A stretch of DNA of 64,000 nucleotides from Candidatus Brocadiia bacterium. Its GTDB lineage: Bacteria; Planctomycetota; MHYJ01; JACQXL01. Where the stretch lies: contig JBBAAP010000002.1 of the NCBI GenBank assembly GCA_041658285.1, forward strand, positions 44,252-108,251, in the 5' to 3' direction. Numbering within the stretch: the first letter of the stretch is position 1; every line of letters starts with the position of its first letter. The notes beneath the pieces were generated by a model. The model saw nothing but the letters and a program-made list of their open reading frames with translations, had not been told where the DNA came from and searched no databases. Positions 54,901-63,226 of this stretch are shown in pieces. Both the position numbers and the translations under genes were made by a program.

Positions 54901-57391
54901 CAAACTTGGTATAATAGTCGGCAACTATCAGACTAATATTAACAAAACTGAATTAATCAACTATAACCGCGCGCTGTATGGAGCAAATGTATATTTGGAT
55001 GTCCCGGTGCCAAAAGGATTTGACAGATTTGTGCTATTCCCCAATAATATTTCGCTTTTTACCAGCCAGTCGCGTCAGGTGCCGGCCGTGAATGAATTCC
55101 AATCAACCGGCGGCTCGTTCTACTACCTCAAGAACCAAAGCATAGTCACCGGTTCTGAAAAGGTTACCATAGAAACACGGGATAAGCTGTCAAACCTTAC
55201 ATTATCATCTGTCACCAAGGCGCGGGATATTGACTACGAGATAGATTATGGTAACGGCCGGATTATCTTCTTCCAACCGGTTGGAATGGTTCAGGAATCC
55301 AGCACCATAATATCCAGCAATATCCTTAACGGTAACCCGGTCTATATTAAAGTGGCTTACGAATACGAAACAGACGCACTTGATTATTCCAAAGGCGTTT
55401 ACGGCGGACGGATTGCCACGCCTAATATCGGGTTAACCTATATTCAGTCCCGAAATAATCGGGACGGAGTTTATCCCGCCTTCAGCGGGACTGCGGCTTC
55501 GCAAACTGATACGAATGATTATACGATCGGCGGAGCTGATGTGAACCTCAGTTTCCCGATTAGCGGAACCGGTTCCATTGACATCAAAGCCGAATACGCC
55601 CAGTCCGAGTCAACCGGAATACCGGACTACTTTTCGCTGGACGGCGGTTCCGGTTTCAGCCCGATCAGCACGACCAAGACCGACGGCAACGCCTATCTCT
55701 TAAAGACCAGGGCCGACATCACCAAGGATATCCAGACCAGCCTGGTTTACCAACGCACCGGTGAAGGATTCGAATCCACCGCTACTTCAGCCAACCAAGG
55801 CACACAGAAATACGGCATGAATACGACCATCAAAACCAGCGACAGGTTAAAATTCATGGTCGGTTATGACGCACAGGAAACGCTGGAACCCAATCCGGCC
55901 ACTATTGCCGGCACGCTCATAGGCGCGCAGAAAAACCAGACCGCTTTCCTGCAGGCAAATTGGGCGCTGGAGCCGGGGAAACTCAACCTAACCGGCGAAT
56001 ACCGGTATCAGGATGTAGAAATTCCGTCTACTGCCCTGTCTGATAACAACTCAGGGACAGATATCCTGGCCGCCCGGCTGGATTACCAATACACCAAACA
56101 AACCCGACTCTTTGTCGCCCAACAGTTTGCAATTCAGGATACCCCCACTAACCAATATTCCAACACCCAGACAACCTTGGGCGGCTCGACCATATTCTCG
56201 GATAAATCACAGCTATCGGTCCAGGGCTCGGTGGCCACAGACGCTTATTCGGTCCTGAGCGGTTTCTCGTATCCGGTCAGCTCCAGAACCAATATGTATA
56301 CCAATTACGGATTAGGCGCCTCTGATACCGAAGGCCAGACGATGACCTCGGCCATCGGCGGCCGAAGCCAGGTCACAAATAAAACATCCGTTTACGCACA
56401 GGAAGAATACAAGACCTCGGACAAGGAACAGATGGTTTCCAACAACCAAAAGGTGGGCGAGGAAACACAGCTAACATCAGAGTGGACCGTAAGGAACTCA
56501 TTTGAGACCGGCCTGGTCAATTACTTCGACGAAACACAGACCACAAGACAGGTCGTGTCAGTTAATGCACAATATAGCCACAAACCCGCCCGAACGACTG
56601 TTCAGTCGGGCGGGGACACAAAGGACACAAAGAATACGGAAGATCTAAAATCAGGCTTAACGACATTAAGCACCAAGTTAGAATTCCGGGCCGACAACGG
56701 TATTCAAAACAAGAAGCAATACCTGACCGCCAATAACCTCAAATATCAGTTGACCGAAGACCTATCCGGAATGTTGAGGTTGAACTGGGCTCGGACAGAC
56801 AACACCACTACCGATAAGGTCGAAAGCCTGTTCCGTGAATACGGCATCGGCACGGCGCTCCGGCCGGTCAAATGGGACAAATGGCTCCTTATTGCCAAGT
56901 ACACCTATCTGGAAGACATAAGGAACCAATCAAACAGCCAGATAAAAGCCAACATCTACGCCCTGGAAACGGCCTATGATATTTTACCCCCATTGCAAGT
57001 GGTTGAAAAATACGCGCACCGCCGGATGTCTGAGGAAATCGGCTATATCCCCGAGACCCACAGTAATACCGACTTATGGATAAACCGCATTAACTACACG
57101 TTTGGCGCTACAGCGCCATGGCGCTCTGCGAACACAAACCACCTGAAAAGCTTTATAGTCGGCGGCGAGTATCGTATCCTCAGAACCGAGGCAAAGAATT
57201 CACTGACAGACCAACTGACCGGAGGCACGACGGACAAAAAGACCGGCTATCTGGCGGAAATAGGATACAAGTTCGATAAGACCATGCATTTCGGCATCGG
57301 CTACAACTTCACCGACTTCACCGATAACCTGGAACATACCTATGACTATTCGGTGCGCGGATTCTTTATCCGGATGAATATTGCATATTAG
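51935..57391 (+). CDS. 1818 aa surface protein: signal peptide, about 10 PQQ-like beta-propeller repeats, a DUF11 conserved-repeat domain, an SdrD-B/Cna-B-like domain, and ~1000 aa of predicted outer-membrane beta-barrel region
   Basis: The repeats are TxYALNxNGTLKW(S/T)... The DUF11-like region is NIVLSKKANKQYITIGEIITYNITVSN. The Cna-B-like region is GRVFIDTNANGVFDQGE. The C-terminal half has alternating hydrophobic residues and ends in an aromatic residue (Y). Confidence 0.6.
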   Translation: MHIEYRPYKIAILFFTLYYIFTPAISAEPAVNAPLVEVIYTWNQPKNPFDDIIYRRLSRTLDKEEAVYYYAMYARCKDEILITGEDDVPLQEWLPDRVIVNGKALQSNDYTGYIGKSRIILYQQSPYGLLELGEMDKNGVYAESIEFVNTTASQIGQESPPSLWYIGGSILGAASILDYVKNDKEPTNHAPTALFNVIPETGSTNTVFWFDAGTSSDIDEPVQNLMVRWDWENDGVWDTSFSIAKTITRTFTAGAHTIAMQMRDSAGAFVTATKTITVIAPGGPLAATPQPIFHTNLQRTGLTAMAGPVTDTVKRQYATGGVIQSSPVIAADNTIYAGSFDGKVYALNPNGTLKWASQILGQIYSTPAIGSDGTLYIGAGTALYALNNTTGAVNWSYNTGNTVRSSPAIGADGTIYFGSGNGNIYAVNYDGSFKWLYPTGGAVDSAPAIAADGTLYIGSNDNYLYALDTNPLSLRWRYQAGGAIVGVPAVGADGTVYAGATNGIIYAINPNGTLKWTAATAGPVYSSPAVNATTLHVGSDDFSLYSIALATGGINWSFPTTATIRSSPAIDTTGNIYFGSDDGRVYCLNSAGTVVWSRDIGSAVRSSPAINNSNVGASPAVVYIGADNGSLYTIGSGPADPANIVLSKKANKQYITIGEIITYNITVSNFTSTTDTSNNNIVIDTIPAGFRYIPGSSVIDGVNLADPVITGTALTFPDLDAIAPGQTKTLSYQLIAGSGLAKGRYVNSAYCDYFDVIWKTSNTASEEVMVIDDPLFDLGTIMGRVFIDTNANGVFDQGEKGVASATIIMENGVLAITDKEGMYHIPAVKPGTHHLKIGSYAEDYSVGLSQIVRVTEGLLLKVNFAINPKYSDNIYKNGYGGVMLGSGEIGYSSVKGNTDLANRDKRLQKRLYTDGRLAFYTNFVMHPEAHVIVSYDTDRISNKNTDLFKYTDPDKYYPTYGDNSRVSYEGANTQGPLYLLAEMGDGNTHKLGIIVGNYQTNINKTELINYNRALYGANVYLDVPVPKGFDRFVLFPNNISLFTSQSRQVPAVNEFQSTGGSFYYLKNQSIVTGSEKVTIETRDKLSNLTLSSVTKARDIDYEIDYGNGRIIFFQPVGMVQESSTIISSNILNGNPVYIKVAYEYETDALDYSKGVYGGRIATPNIGLTYIQSRNNRDGVYPAFSGTAASQTDTNDYTIGGADVNLSFPISGTGSIDIKAEYAQSESTGIPDYFSLDGGSGFSPISTTKTDGNAYLLKTRADITKDIQTSLVYQRTGEGFESTATSANQGTQKYGMNTTIKTSDRLKFMVGYDAQETLEPNPATIAGTLIGAQKNQTAFLQANWALEPGKLNLTGEYRYQDVEIPSTALSDNNSGTDILAARLDYQYTKQTRLFVAQQFAIQDTPTNQYSNTQTTLGGSTIFSDKSQLSVQGSVATDAYSVLSGFSYPVSSRTNMYTNYGLGASDTEGQTMTSAIGGRSQVTNKTSVYAQEEYKTSDKEQMVSNNQKVGEETQLTSEWTVRNSFETGLVNYFDETQTTRQVVSVNAQYSHKPARTTVQSGGDTKDTKNTEDLKSGLTTLSTKLEFRADNGIQNKKQYLTANNLKYQLTEDLSGMLRLNWARTDNTTTDKVESLFREYGIGTALRPVKWDKWLLIAKYTYLEDIRNQSNSQIKANIYALETAYDILPPLQVVEKYAHRRMSEEIGYIPETHSNTDLWINRINYTFGATAPWRSANTNHLKSFIVGGEYRILRTEAKNSLTDQLTGGTTDKKTGYLAEIGYKFDKTMHFGIGYNFTDFTDNLEHTYDYSVRGFFIRMNIAY

Positions 57392-57567
57392 TGCCGGTTC
57401 GAGTGTAACGAGTTACCGGCACTTATCCCCGAGCATAGCGAGTGGGATTAGTGACACTTGGAGCCCTGCCCAAAGGCGGGACAGCGCAGCATCCTGTAAG
57501 GATAAACTCCGCGAATTATCCCTAGACCCTGAGAGGTCTTGGGCCAAGAACCCGTACGGGCTGCCAG

Positions 57568-58437
57568 CTATAATTGCAGATGTCTGAGTTGATTATCCGG
57601 CACGCGGAATCCCGACCAGTGCACGTATTCCTCGGTAGGCAGATTTTCGTATTGTTTCGGCGTGAGCGCCAGTATGAAACCGCCCTGAACGCTTATCTTG
57701 CGGTAATGCAGTTCGGCAAAGAACTTGTCATTGGGCATATCGGCGTGAATGCTCTTTAGCGTCTTAAAATCGTGGTAATCCTGGTTACTTCCGACGAAGC
57801 CGTCATAGGCGCTGTCTTTGACGTAATAAAGGTCTTTCCTCTTGTAATATTTATCCAACGCCTGGCTCCAAAAAAATATGCCTTTGACGCCGGTGGTGCC
57901 GTAGGAATATTTATGATCCAGCATATAACGGCTGACCTCGGTACGGATAAAGCGCCAGACTCCGGCAATCTTGGTAGCCGGCAGTTTGCCTTCCCTGACC
58001 AGCCGGTAAATCGTCCGGCGGTTGACGCCTAGCGCCTGGGCCACCTGATTCAAGGTCATCACCCCGCCCTCAAAGTTCATCCCTAAAACATGGCCGGGCA
58101 CATCGCGGCTATGAGTCAGGAATTGACGAACCTCTGACTGAAGAAACTGCCACCTGCCGCCTAACTTTACAGCGGGCAACTTCTTCACATTAATTAACCG
58201 ATAAATGGTAAACCGGCTTAGGCCCAGATATTCGCAGACCTCTTTCAGGGTCATCAGGCCGGGTTTAATAATGTATTTGGTTGGCGTTTTGTATACAAGC
58301 AGTTTCTCAACGTCCTTCTGTTCAAAACGCCACTGTCCGCCGATGCGCTTGGCAGGCAATTTCCCTGATTTGAGCAACCGGTAAACCGTGCGGGTAGAGA
58401 TACCCAGTTGTTTACAGACGTCATTTACAGTTAGCAT
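57568..58437 (-). CDS. DNA-binding protein with three tandem excisionase/MerR-type HTH domains and a ~140 aa uncharacterised C-terminal domain
   Basis: Three tandem copies of the LT(V/L)xxVxxxLG(I/L/V)SxxT(V/I)YRL(L/I)xxGKLPAxK(I/L)GGxWRF pattern. Confidence 0.6.
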   Translation of the reverse strand: MLTVNDVCKQLGISTRTVYRLLKSGKLPAKRIGGQWRFEQKDVEKLLVYKTPTKYIIKPGLMTLKEVCEYLGLSRFTIYRLINVKKLPAVKLGGRWQFLQSEVRQFLTHSRDVPGHVLGMNFEGGVMTLNQVAQALGVNRRTIYRLVREGKLPATKIAGVWRFIRTEVSRYMLDHKYSYGTTGVKGIFFWSQALDKYYKRKDLYYVKDSAYDGFVGSNQDYHDFKTLKSIHADMPNDKFFAELHYRKISVQGGFILALTPKQYENLPTEEYVHWSGFRVPDNQLRHLQL

Positions 58438-58582
58438 ATAAGTTATGTAAGCGGATTTAGCTGATTTATCAGATTTAGAACCATCGGCTTAATCTGCTTA
58501 ATCAGCTTACTAAACAGGACAAAATATGACAAGAAATGTAGTGCAATGTTGCAGGATAGGACAGGCTATGGCACTGACCAGT

Positions 58583-58936
58583 ACCTACACTACTACTACC
58601 CCCTGCCTACACCTCTACCACCCCTGGCCTACACCTCTACTACCTCTGGCCTGCACCTCTACTACCTCCGGCCTGCACCTCTACTACCTCCGGCCTACAC
58701 CTCTACTACCTCCAGCCTACACCTCTACTACCTCCAGCCTGCACCTCTACTACCTCCAGCCTACACCTCTACTACCCCCGGCCTACACCTCTACTACCTC
58801 CGGCCTTCACCTCTACTACCTCCGGCCTACACCTCTACTACCTCTGGCCTACACCTCTACTACCCCCGACCTACATCTATACTACCCCTGACTTACACCC
58901 ATATTACCTCCGGCTTACAGTCCTACCACTATCGGC
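58583..58936. repeat. Degenerate tandem array of about 16 units of a 22 bp pyrimidine-rich repeat (consensus CCTACACCTCTACTACCTCCGG)
   Basis: Direct reading shows near-identical central units and degenerate flanks, with no spacers. The six-frame ORFs here (58526..58891, 58546..58980) are translation artefacts of the repeat. Confidence 0.9.
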
Positions 58937-58957
58937 TTTCACATAGGGGTAGGCAGG

Positions 58958-59010
58958 AATGTGTGACGTCGCACATTTGAGAGCAGGTATAATGTTAGAC
59001 GTCTAACATT
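58958..59010. promoter_or_regulatory. Two 20 bp palindromes centred on GACGTC (AATGTGTGACGTCGCACATT and AATGTTAGACGTCTAACATT) spaced 33 bp centre-to-centre; candidate tandem operator for a dimeric regulator
   Basis: One is a perfect 20 bp palindrome and the other near-perfect (19/20). They lie immediately right of the 22 bp array. Confidence 0.4.
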
Positions 59011-59177
59011 TTACCAAGAAGGGTATTAAAAAAATGTTGGCCGGCAAACATTTACCAGATATGGTTATTGCGCTTCTATCCCGCTTTATTCATAAATGCC
59101 TTGCGGCGTTTGCATTCTGCGGTAGCGGGATAAACCGCCGTAAGGCTCTCGGGACCATCAAACTGCCAGAGTATAAT

Positions 59178-59600
59178 TTATGAATTATTCGGGTCTATCA
59201 GCTTGAGCCATTCATCCGGCGGGTCTATTTGCAGTCCCTTGAGGATTTTCTTGATGTAATCCGGTTCACGGGAATCAAACTGGTTGTGAGATGGAATACG
59301 ACAAAGAAATTGCAGGCTGGGAATATTTGTAACCAGGAGCGGTTCTATATGGAAATAAGTGTTGTGCTCGTCATAACTCATATCAATAATCTTCAAGAAT
59401 ACGAAAGGAAGATTGGTTGGGTCAGCGCTTTTGCCCTGAATCATTCCCCGGCTATACACCCCTAAGCCGGGCAGTGGACAGGAGCCTTTGAGGGCATCCC
59501 AATCCTCTAATTTGGTATGCCTGATACTGACATACTCGGCCTGCCTGGCCCTTTCCCAGTAAGGGCTTTGCGGGGTGTAAAGGACAATAATCTTTTTCAT
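59178..59600 (-). CDS. Hypothetical protein (140 aa) in a low-GC islet
   Basis: It is a clean ORF with local GC clearly below the window average. I recognise no motifs. Confidence 0.35.
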   Translation of the reverse strand: MKKIIVLYTPQSPYWERARQAEYVSIRHTKLEDWDALKGSCPLPGLGVYSRGMIQGKSADPTNLPFVFLKIIDMSYDEHNTYFHIEPLLVTNIPSLQFLCRIPSHNQFDSREPDYIKKILKGLQIDPPDEWLKLIDPNNS

Positions 59601-59709
59601 TATAAAAATAACCTCTGGCGCCGAAGCGCCATGGCGCCCTTATGGCGCCACTTTTCATTTCAGAAACATTTTCTGGTATCGCGTCCCCTAAATTTCCCTT
59701 ACTTATTTA

Positions 59710-60474
59710 TTAGGTGTTGCCCCCATTTTCGTTAATATCCTTAGAACTAACATATACTGTTACTGGAATCTTATGACCCTTCTCATATTCATATTTAAGT
59801 GCACCCAAAAATAGAATTTCAATAACACCTTCAGCCCTTTTGACCGCCGTTTTATAACTAATCCCATGAATGCCTATTATAACTAAGGCTAAAATAAAGA
59901 CTGGAATAATATTCCAAGGAATAGACGTAGTTCCATTTTTAAAAAGCAAAATTAGCCAAAAACATAGAGCAAAAACAGAACCGATTAATGCAGTTCCAAA
60001 ACCATGAACAATGTCTGAAAGACTATCTGTGCGTTCATTCGCTCCCTTAATTATACAGGATGTTTCTCTTCCAGCATGCCAAGTACCTGATACTACATGC
60101 CAAGCACCTGCTCTGCTTAATGCATTAGCTTTAACCTCCGTATCATCATTTTGACGACGTAATTCCAACCACTTCATTTTTTCGGCGCTTATAATTACTT
60201 CCTGATGATTAACACCGCAATAATCAAATCTTTTTGTCCAATACAATACGTGATAAATCATTCCTAAAAGATACCCTATTCCGGTCGCAGCAAAAATCAA
60301 AAGAGTTGTGGCCGAAATGTCAGATCCTGTTTTGGTTGCATCGGCTACAGCGTTCCTTATTGAGGGTGTGTGACACAGGAACAAATAAAAACCTAACTCA
60401 ATAAATAGTGCGGCACTTGGAAATATATAACGTAGGATACGTCTGGCTTCATTCATAGTGTTCTCCTTTTTCAA
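59710..60474 (-). CDS. Membrane protein with a 2 TM + ~85 aa soluble loop + 2 TM architecture, in a low-GC islet (~35-38% GC)
   Basis: Four clear hydrophobic helices are present, and the sequence is AT-rich. I recognise no motifs. Confidence 0.45.
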   Translation of the reverse strand: MKKENTMNEARRILRYIFPSAALFIELGFYLFLCHTPSIRNAVADATKTGSDISATTLLIFAATGIGYLLGMIYHVLYWTKRFDYCGVNHQEVIISAEKMKWLELRRQNDDTEVKANALSRAGAWHVVSGTWHAGRETSCIIKGANERTDSLSDIVHGFGTALIGSVFALCFWLILLFKNGTTSIPWNIIPVFILALVIIGIHGISYKTAVKRAEGVIEILFLGALKYEYEKGHKIPVTVYVSSKDINENGGNT

Positions 60475-60523
60475 ATTCCGGGGACGCCTTACTTATCTAT
60501 TCAGTATGCTGTCCCTCGAATTA

Positions 60524-63040
60524 TTACTGCCCCGCCTGCGTTGGGGTATTCCTCTGAGTAGTCGTCCCATCTCCTAATTGACCATTGTCGTTGAGTCCCC
60601 AAGCCCAGAATGAGCCGTCGGTTTTTAATGCACTGGTGTGAGCGCCACCAGCGGCGATGGCTGACCAGCCCGTGCCAATAAGCGTCGGGGTGTTCTTATT
60701 AATTGTTGTCCCGTCCCCTAATCGACCAAAGCCATTAGATCCCCATGCCCAGAGTGTGCCGTCGGTCTTTAAGGCAATGGCGTGCTCCTCACCAGCGGCG
60801 ATGGCAGAGAAGCCCGTGCCAATCAGTGTTGGGGTCAAGTTAGCATATATTGTTCCATCGGCTAATGCACCATACCCGTTCGAGCCCCAAGTATGAAGCG
60901 AGCCATCTGACTTTAAGGCAATGGTGTGATACCAACCAGCGGCGATGGCTGACCAACCCGTGCCAATAAGCGTCGGGATCAATTTATTAGTCCCGTATCC
61001 ACTTGTCCCATCGCCTAATTGACCAGACCTATTCCAGCCCCAAGTATAGAGCGAGCCATCTGATTTTAAGGCAACGGTGTGCTCGTAACCAGCGGCAATG
61101 ACTGACCAGTTGTTCTCAGTGCCAATCCGGGTTGGGGTAGTCTTACTTATCGTTGTCCCATCACCTAATTGACCATATTCGTTATATCCCCAAGTCCAAA
61201 GTGAGCCGTTTGCTTTCAAGGCGATGGTGTGCCAGCCTCCAGCAGCAATAGCTAACCAGTCAGTATCAGTACCAATACGAGTTGGGGTATTTTTATTAGT
61301 ACCAATTGTCCCATCACCCAATTGACCGTAGGCATTATCTCCCCAGGCCCAGAGTGTGCCATCGATCTTGAGGGCAATGTTGTACCCGACGCCAGCGTCA
61401 ATGGCTGACCAGTTGGTATCCGTGCCAATCCGGGTCGGGGTCAATCTATTAGTTGTTGTCCCATCGCCTAATTCACCATAGAAGTTCTGTCCCCAGGCAT
61501 AGAGCGAGCCATCGATCTTTAAGGCAATGGTGTGCCCGCTACCAGCCGCAATGACCGACCAATCTCTTGCCCTAACATATACTTCGTTAGAATAGGCGCT
61601 GGCGGCTACGTTGTTATAAGCCCGAACACGATAATAATAGGTCGAAGAAAGAGAAAGATTTGTATCTGTGTAGACGGAGGTATTTGCCGTTACTGTAATA
61701 AGGAGTGAATAGGCGGTATTTGTTACGCCCCGTTCTATCTCGTATCCGTCTTCATTATCAGTAGTATCAATCCAGTAAAGCGCTATTGCGGTACGTGAAA
61801 TGATTGTAAGAAGTCCTAAAGGCGCGATAAGTAGTGTGGTGGCTGATGCCTCGTTGGTGTAGGTGCTATCACCGTTTGAATTATAAGCCATGATGCGGTA
61901 AGAGTAGACCGTTCCATCTGTCAGTCCGGTATTGGAATAAGTAGTTAGATTGGCACTAACTGTAGTAATCTGTGTCCATATTCCACCTGCACCGGTCTTG
62001 CACTCTATCTTAAATCCGTCTTCATTACTGGAATTATCGGTCCAGGTGAGGTTAATCTGTGATGTTGACACGGTATTAGCCGACAGGATAGTCGGCGCAT
62101 TGAGAGCAATTGCATCAGATGCCTCGTTGGAATAGGCGGAATTAGTGGTTGCATTATACGCCCTGACCCGATAATAATAGATGGCACCATCTACCAAGCC
62201 GGTATTGGAATATGTGATGATATTTGCGCCTATGTCGGCAATCTGGCTATAGGTTCCGCCGGAGCCGGTTTTACGCTCTATTTTATAGCCGGTTTCATTA
62301 TCGGTATTATCCGTCCAGGTCAAATCAATCTGCGAAGAGGAAATAACCGCAACATTCAGCGATAACGGCGGCGCTATCTGAGTAGTAAAACTCCAGACCG
62401 TGCCAGTAGTCGTGCCGGTAGCATTCTTTGAGTCAATCCGCCAGTAATAAGTAGTGCTATATGTAAACGTGCCGGGATTATAACTCGTGCCGGACTGATT
62501 GATAATAAATGTTCCCGGCGAGGTCGTACCGAAATAAACATCATAAGAAGTAGCCCCGCTGGCTGATGCCCAACCTAACTGTTGATTAATAGACGCATTA
62601 ATTGTATTATTAGCCGGGCTTGGCGAGGTTACCTGTGCAGACGGTGCTATTTGCGTGATAAAGGTCCAGACATTACCGGTAGTTGTCCCAACACTATTTT
62701 TGGAATCTATCCGCCAGTAATAGGTGGTGCTATATGTAAGTGTATCAGGATTATAACTCGTGCCGGACTGATTGCCGACAAATGTCCCAGGTGCAGTTGT
62801 GCCGAAAAAGACATCATAAGAAGTTGCGCCACTGACAGAAGCCCAAGAGACTTGAGTAGTTGTTATCACATTAGTTGCGCTATTAGACGGTGTCGGTGAG
62901 GTTACTTGGGCAGTTGCGGTTGGTGTTCCGCTACTGCCACTTGAGCCACCAATGTCTCCACAACCGCCATAATTAAATGCGGTGATATAAGCAATAAACA
63001 TAATAACTGTGGCTGTTTTTAATATGGATTTACTGTGCAT
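60524..63040 (-). CDS. Secreted protein with ~5 N-terminal FN3-like repeats and a C-terminal seven-bladed RCC1-like beta-propeller
   Basis: It has a signal peptide. The repeated ~85 aa modules read ...SWASVSGATSYDV(F/Y)FGTT.PGTF..NQSGTSYNP.T.TYSTTYYWRIDSKN and YYYRVRAYN. Seven blade repeats follow the H(T/A)IALK.DGSL..WG.N..GQLGDGT pattern. Confidence 0.65.
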   Translation of the reverse strand: MHSKSILKTATVIMFIAYITAFNYGGCGDIGGSSGSSGTPTATAQVTSPTPSNSATNVITTTQVSWASVSGATSYDVFFGTTAPGTFVGNQSGTSYNPDTLTYSTTYYWRIDSKNSVGTTTGNVWTFITQIAPSAQVTSPSPANNTINASINQQLGWASASGATSYDVYFGTTSPGTFIINQSGTSYNPGTFTYSTTYYWRIDSKNATGTTTGTVWSFTTQIAPPLSLNVAVISSSQIDLTWTDNTDNETGYKIERKTGSGGTYSQIADIGANIITYSNTGLVDGAIYYYRVRAYNATTNSAYSNEASDAIALNAPTILSANTVSTSQINLTWTDNSSNEDGFKIECKTGAGGIWTQITTVSANLTTYSNTGLTDGTVYSYRIMAYNSNGDSTYTNEASATTLLIAPLGLLTIISRTAIALYWIDTTDNEDGYEIERGVTNTAYSLLITVTANTSVYTDTNLSLSSTYYYRVRAYNNVAASAYSNEVYVRARDWSVIAAGSGHTIALKIDGSLYAWGQNFYGELGDGTTTNRLTPTRIGTDTNWSAIDAGVGYNIALKIDGTLWAWGDNAYGQLGDGTIGTNKNTPTRIGTDTDWLAIAAGGWHTIALKANGSLWTWGYNEYGQLGDGTTISKTTPTRIGTENNWSVIAAGYEHTVALKSDGSLYTWGWNRSGQLGDGTSGYGTNKLIPTLIGTGWSAIAAGWYHTIALKSDGSLHTWGSNGYGALADGTIYANLTPTLIGTGFSAIAAGEEHAIALKTDGTLWAWGSNGFGRLGDGTTINKNTPTLIGTGWSAIAAGGAHTSALKTDGSFWAWGLNDNGQLGDGTTTQRNTPTQAGQ

Positions 63041-63226
63041 ACCGTCCTCCTTTTATCGGAGTTATTTCAGGAAAGAATATATCATATTTTATGCATATTA
63101 GTGAATTTTGTCAAGGGAATATATTGTTTTCGGGCAAGATTGCTTATCCCTTACTCTTAAGGAGGCTTCGCTTAGGCTACAGATTTTCCGGGCATAGTTT
63201 AGCCACATAAGAATCTGCGGCTACCC

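Noticed and set aside
58526-58980. Two overlapping ORFs (121 and 144 aa) encoding proline/tyrosine/threonine-rich 22 aa repeats
   Set aside because: They are pure translations of the 22 bp DNA repeat. The period of 66 nt equals 3 x 22, which keeps frames open. Two frames are open simultaneously, there is no RBS, and the composition follows the DNA repeat. They are very likely not genes.
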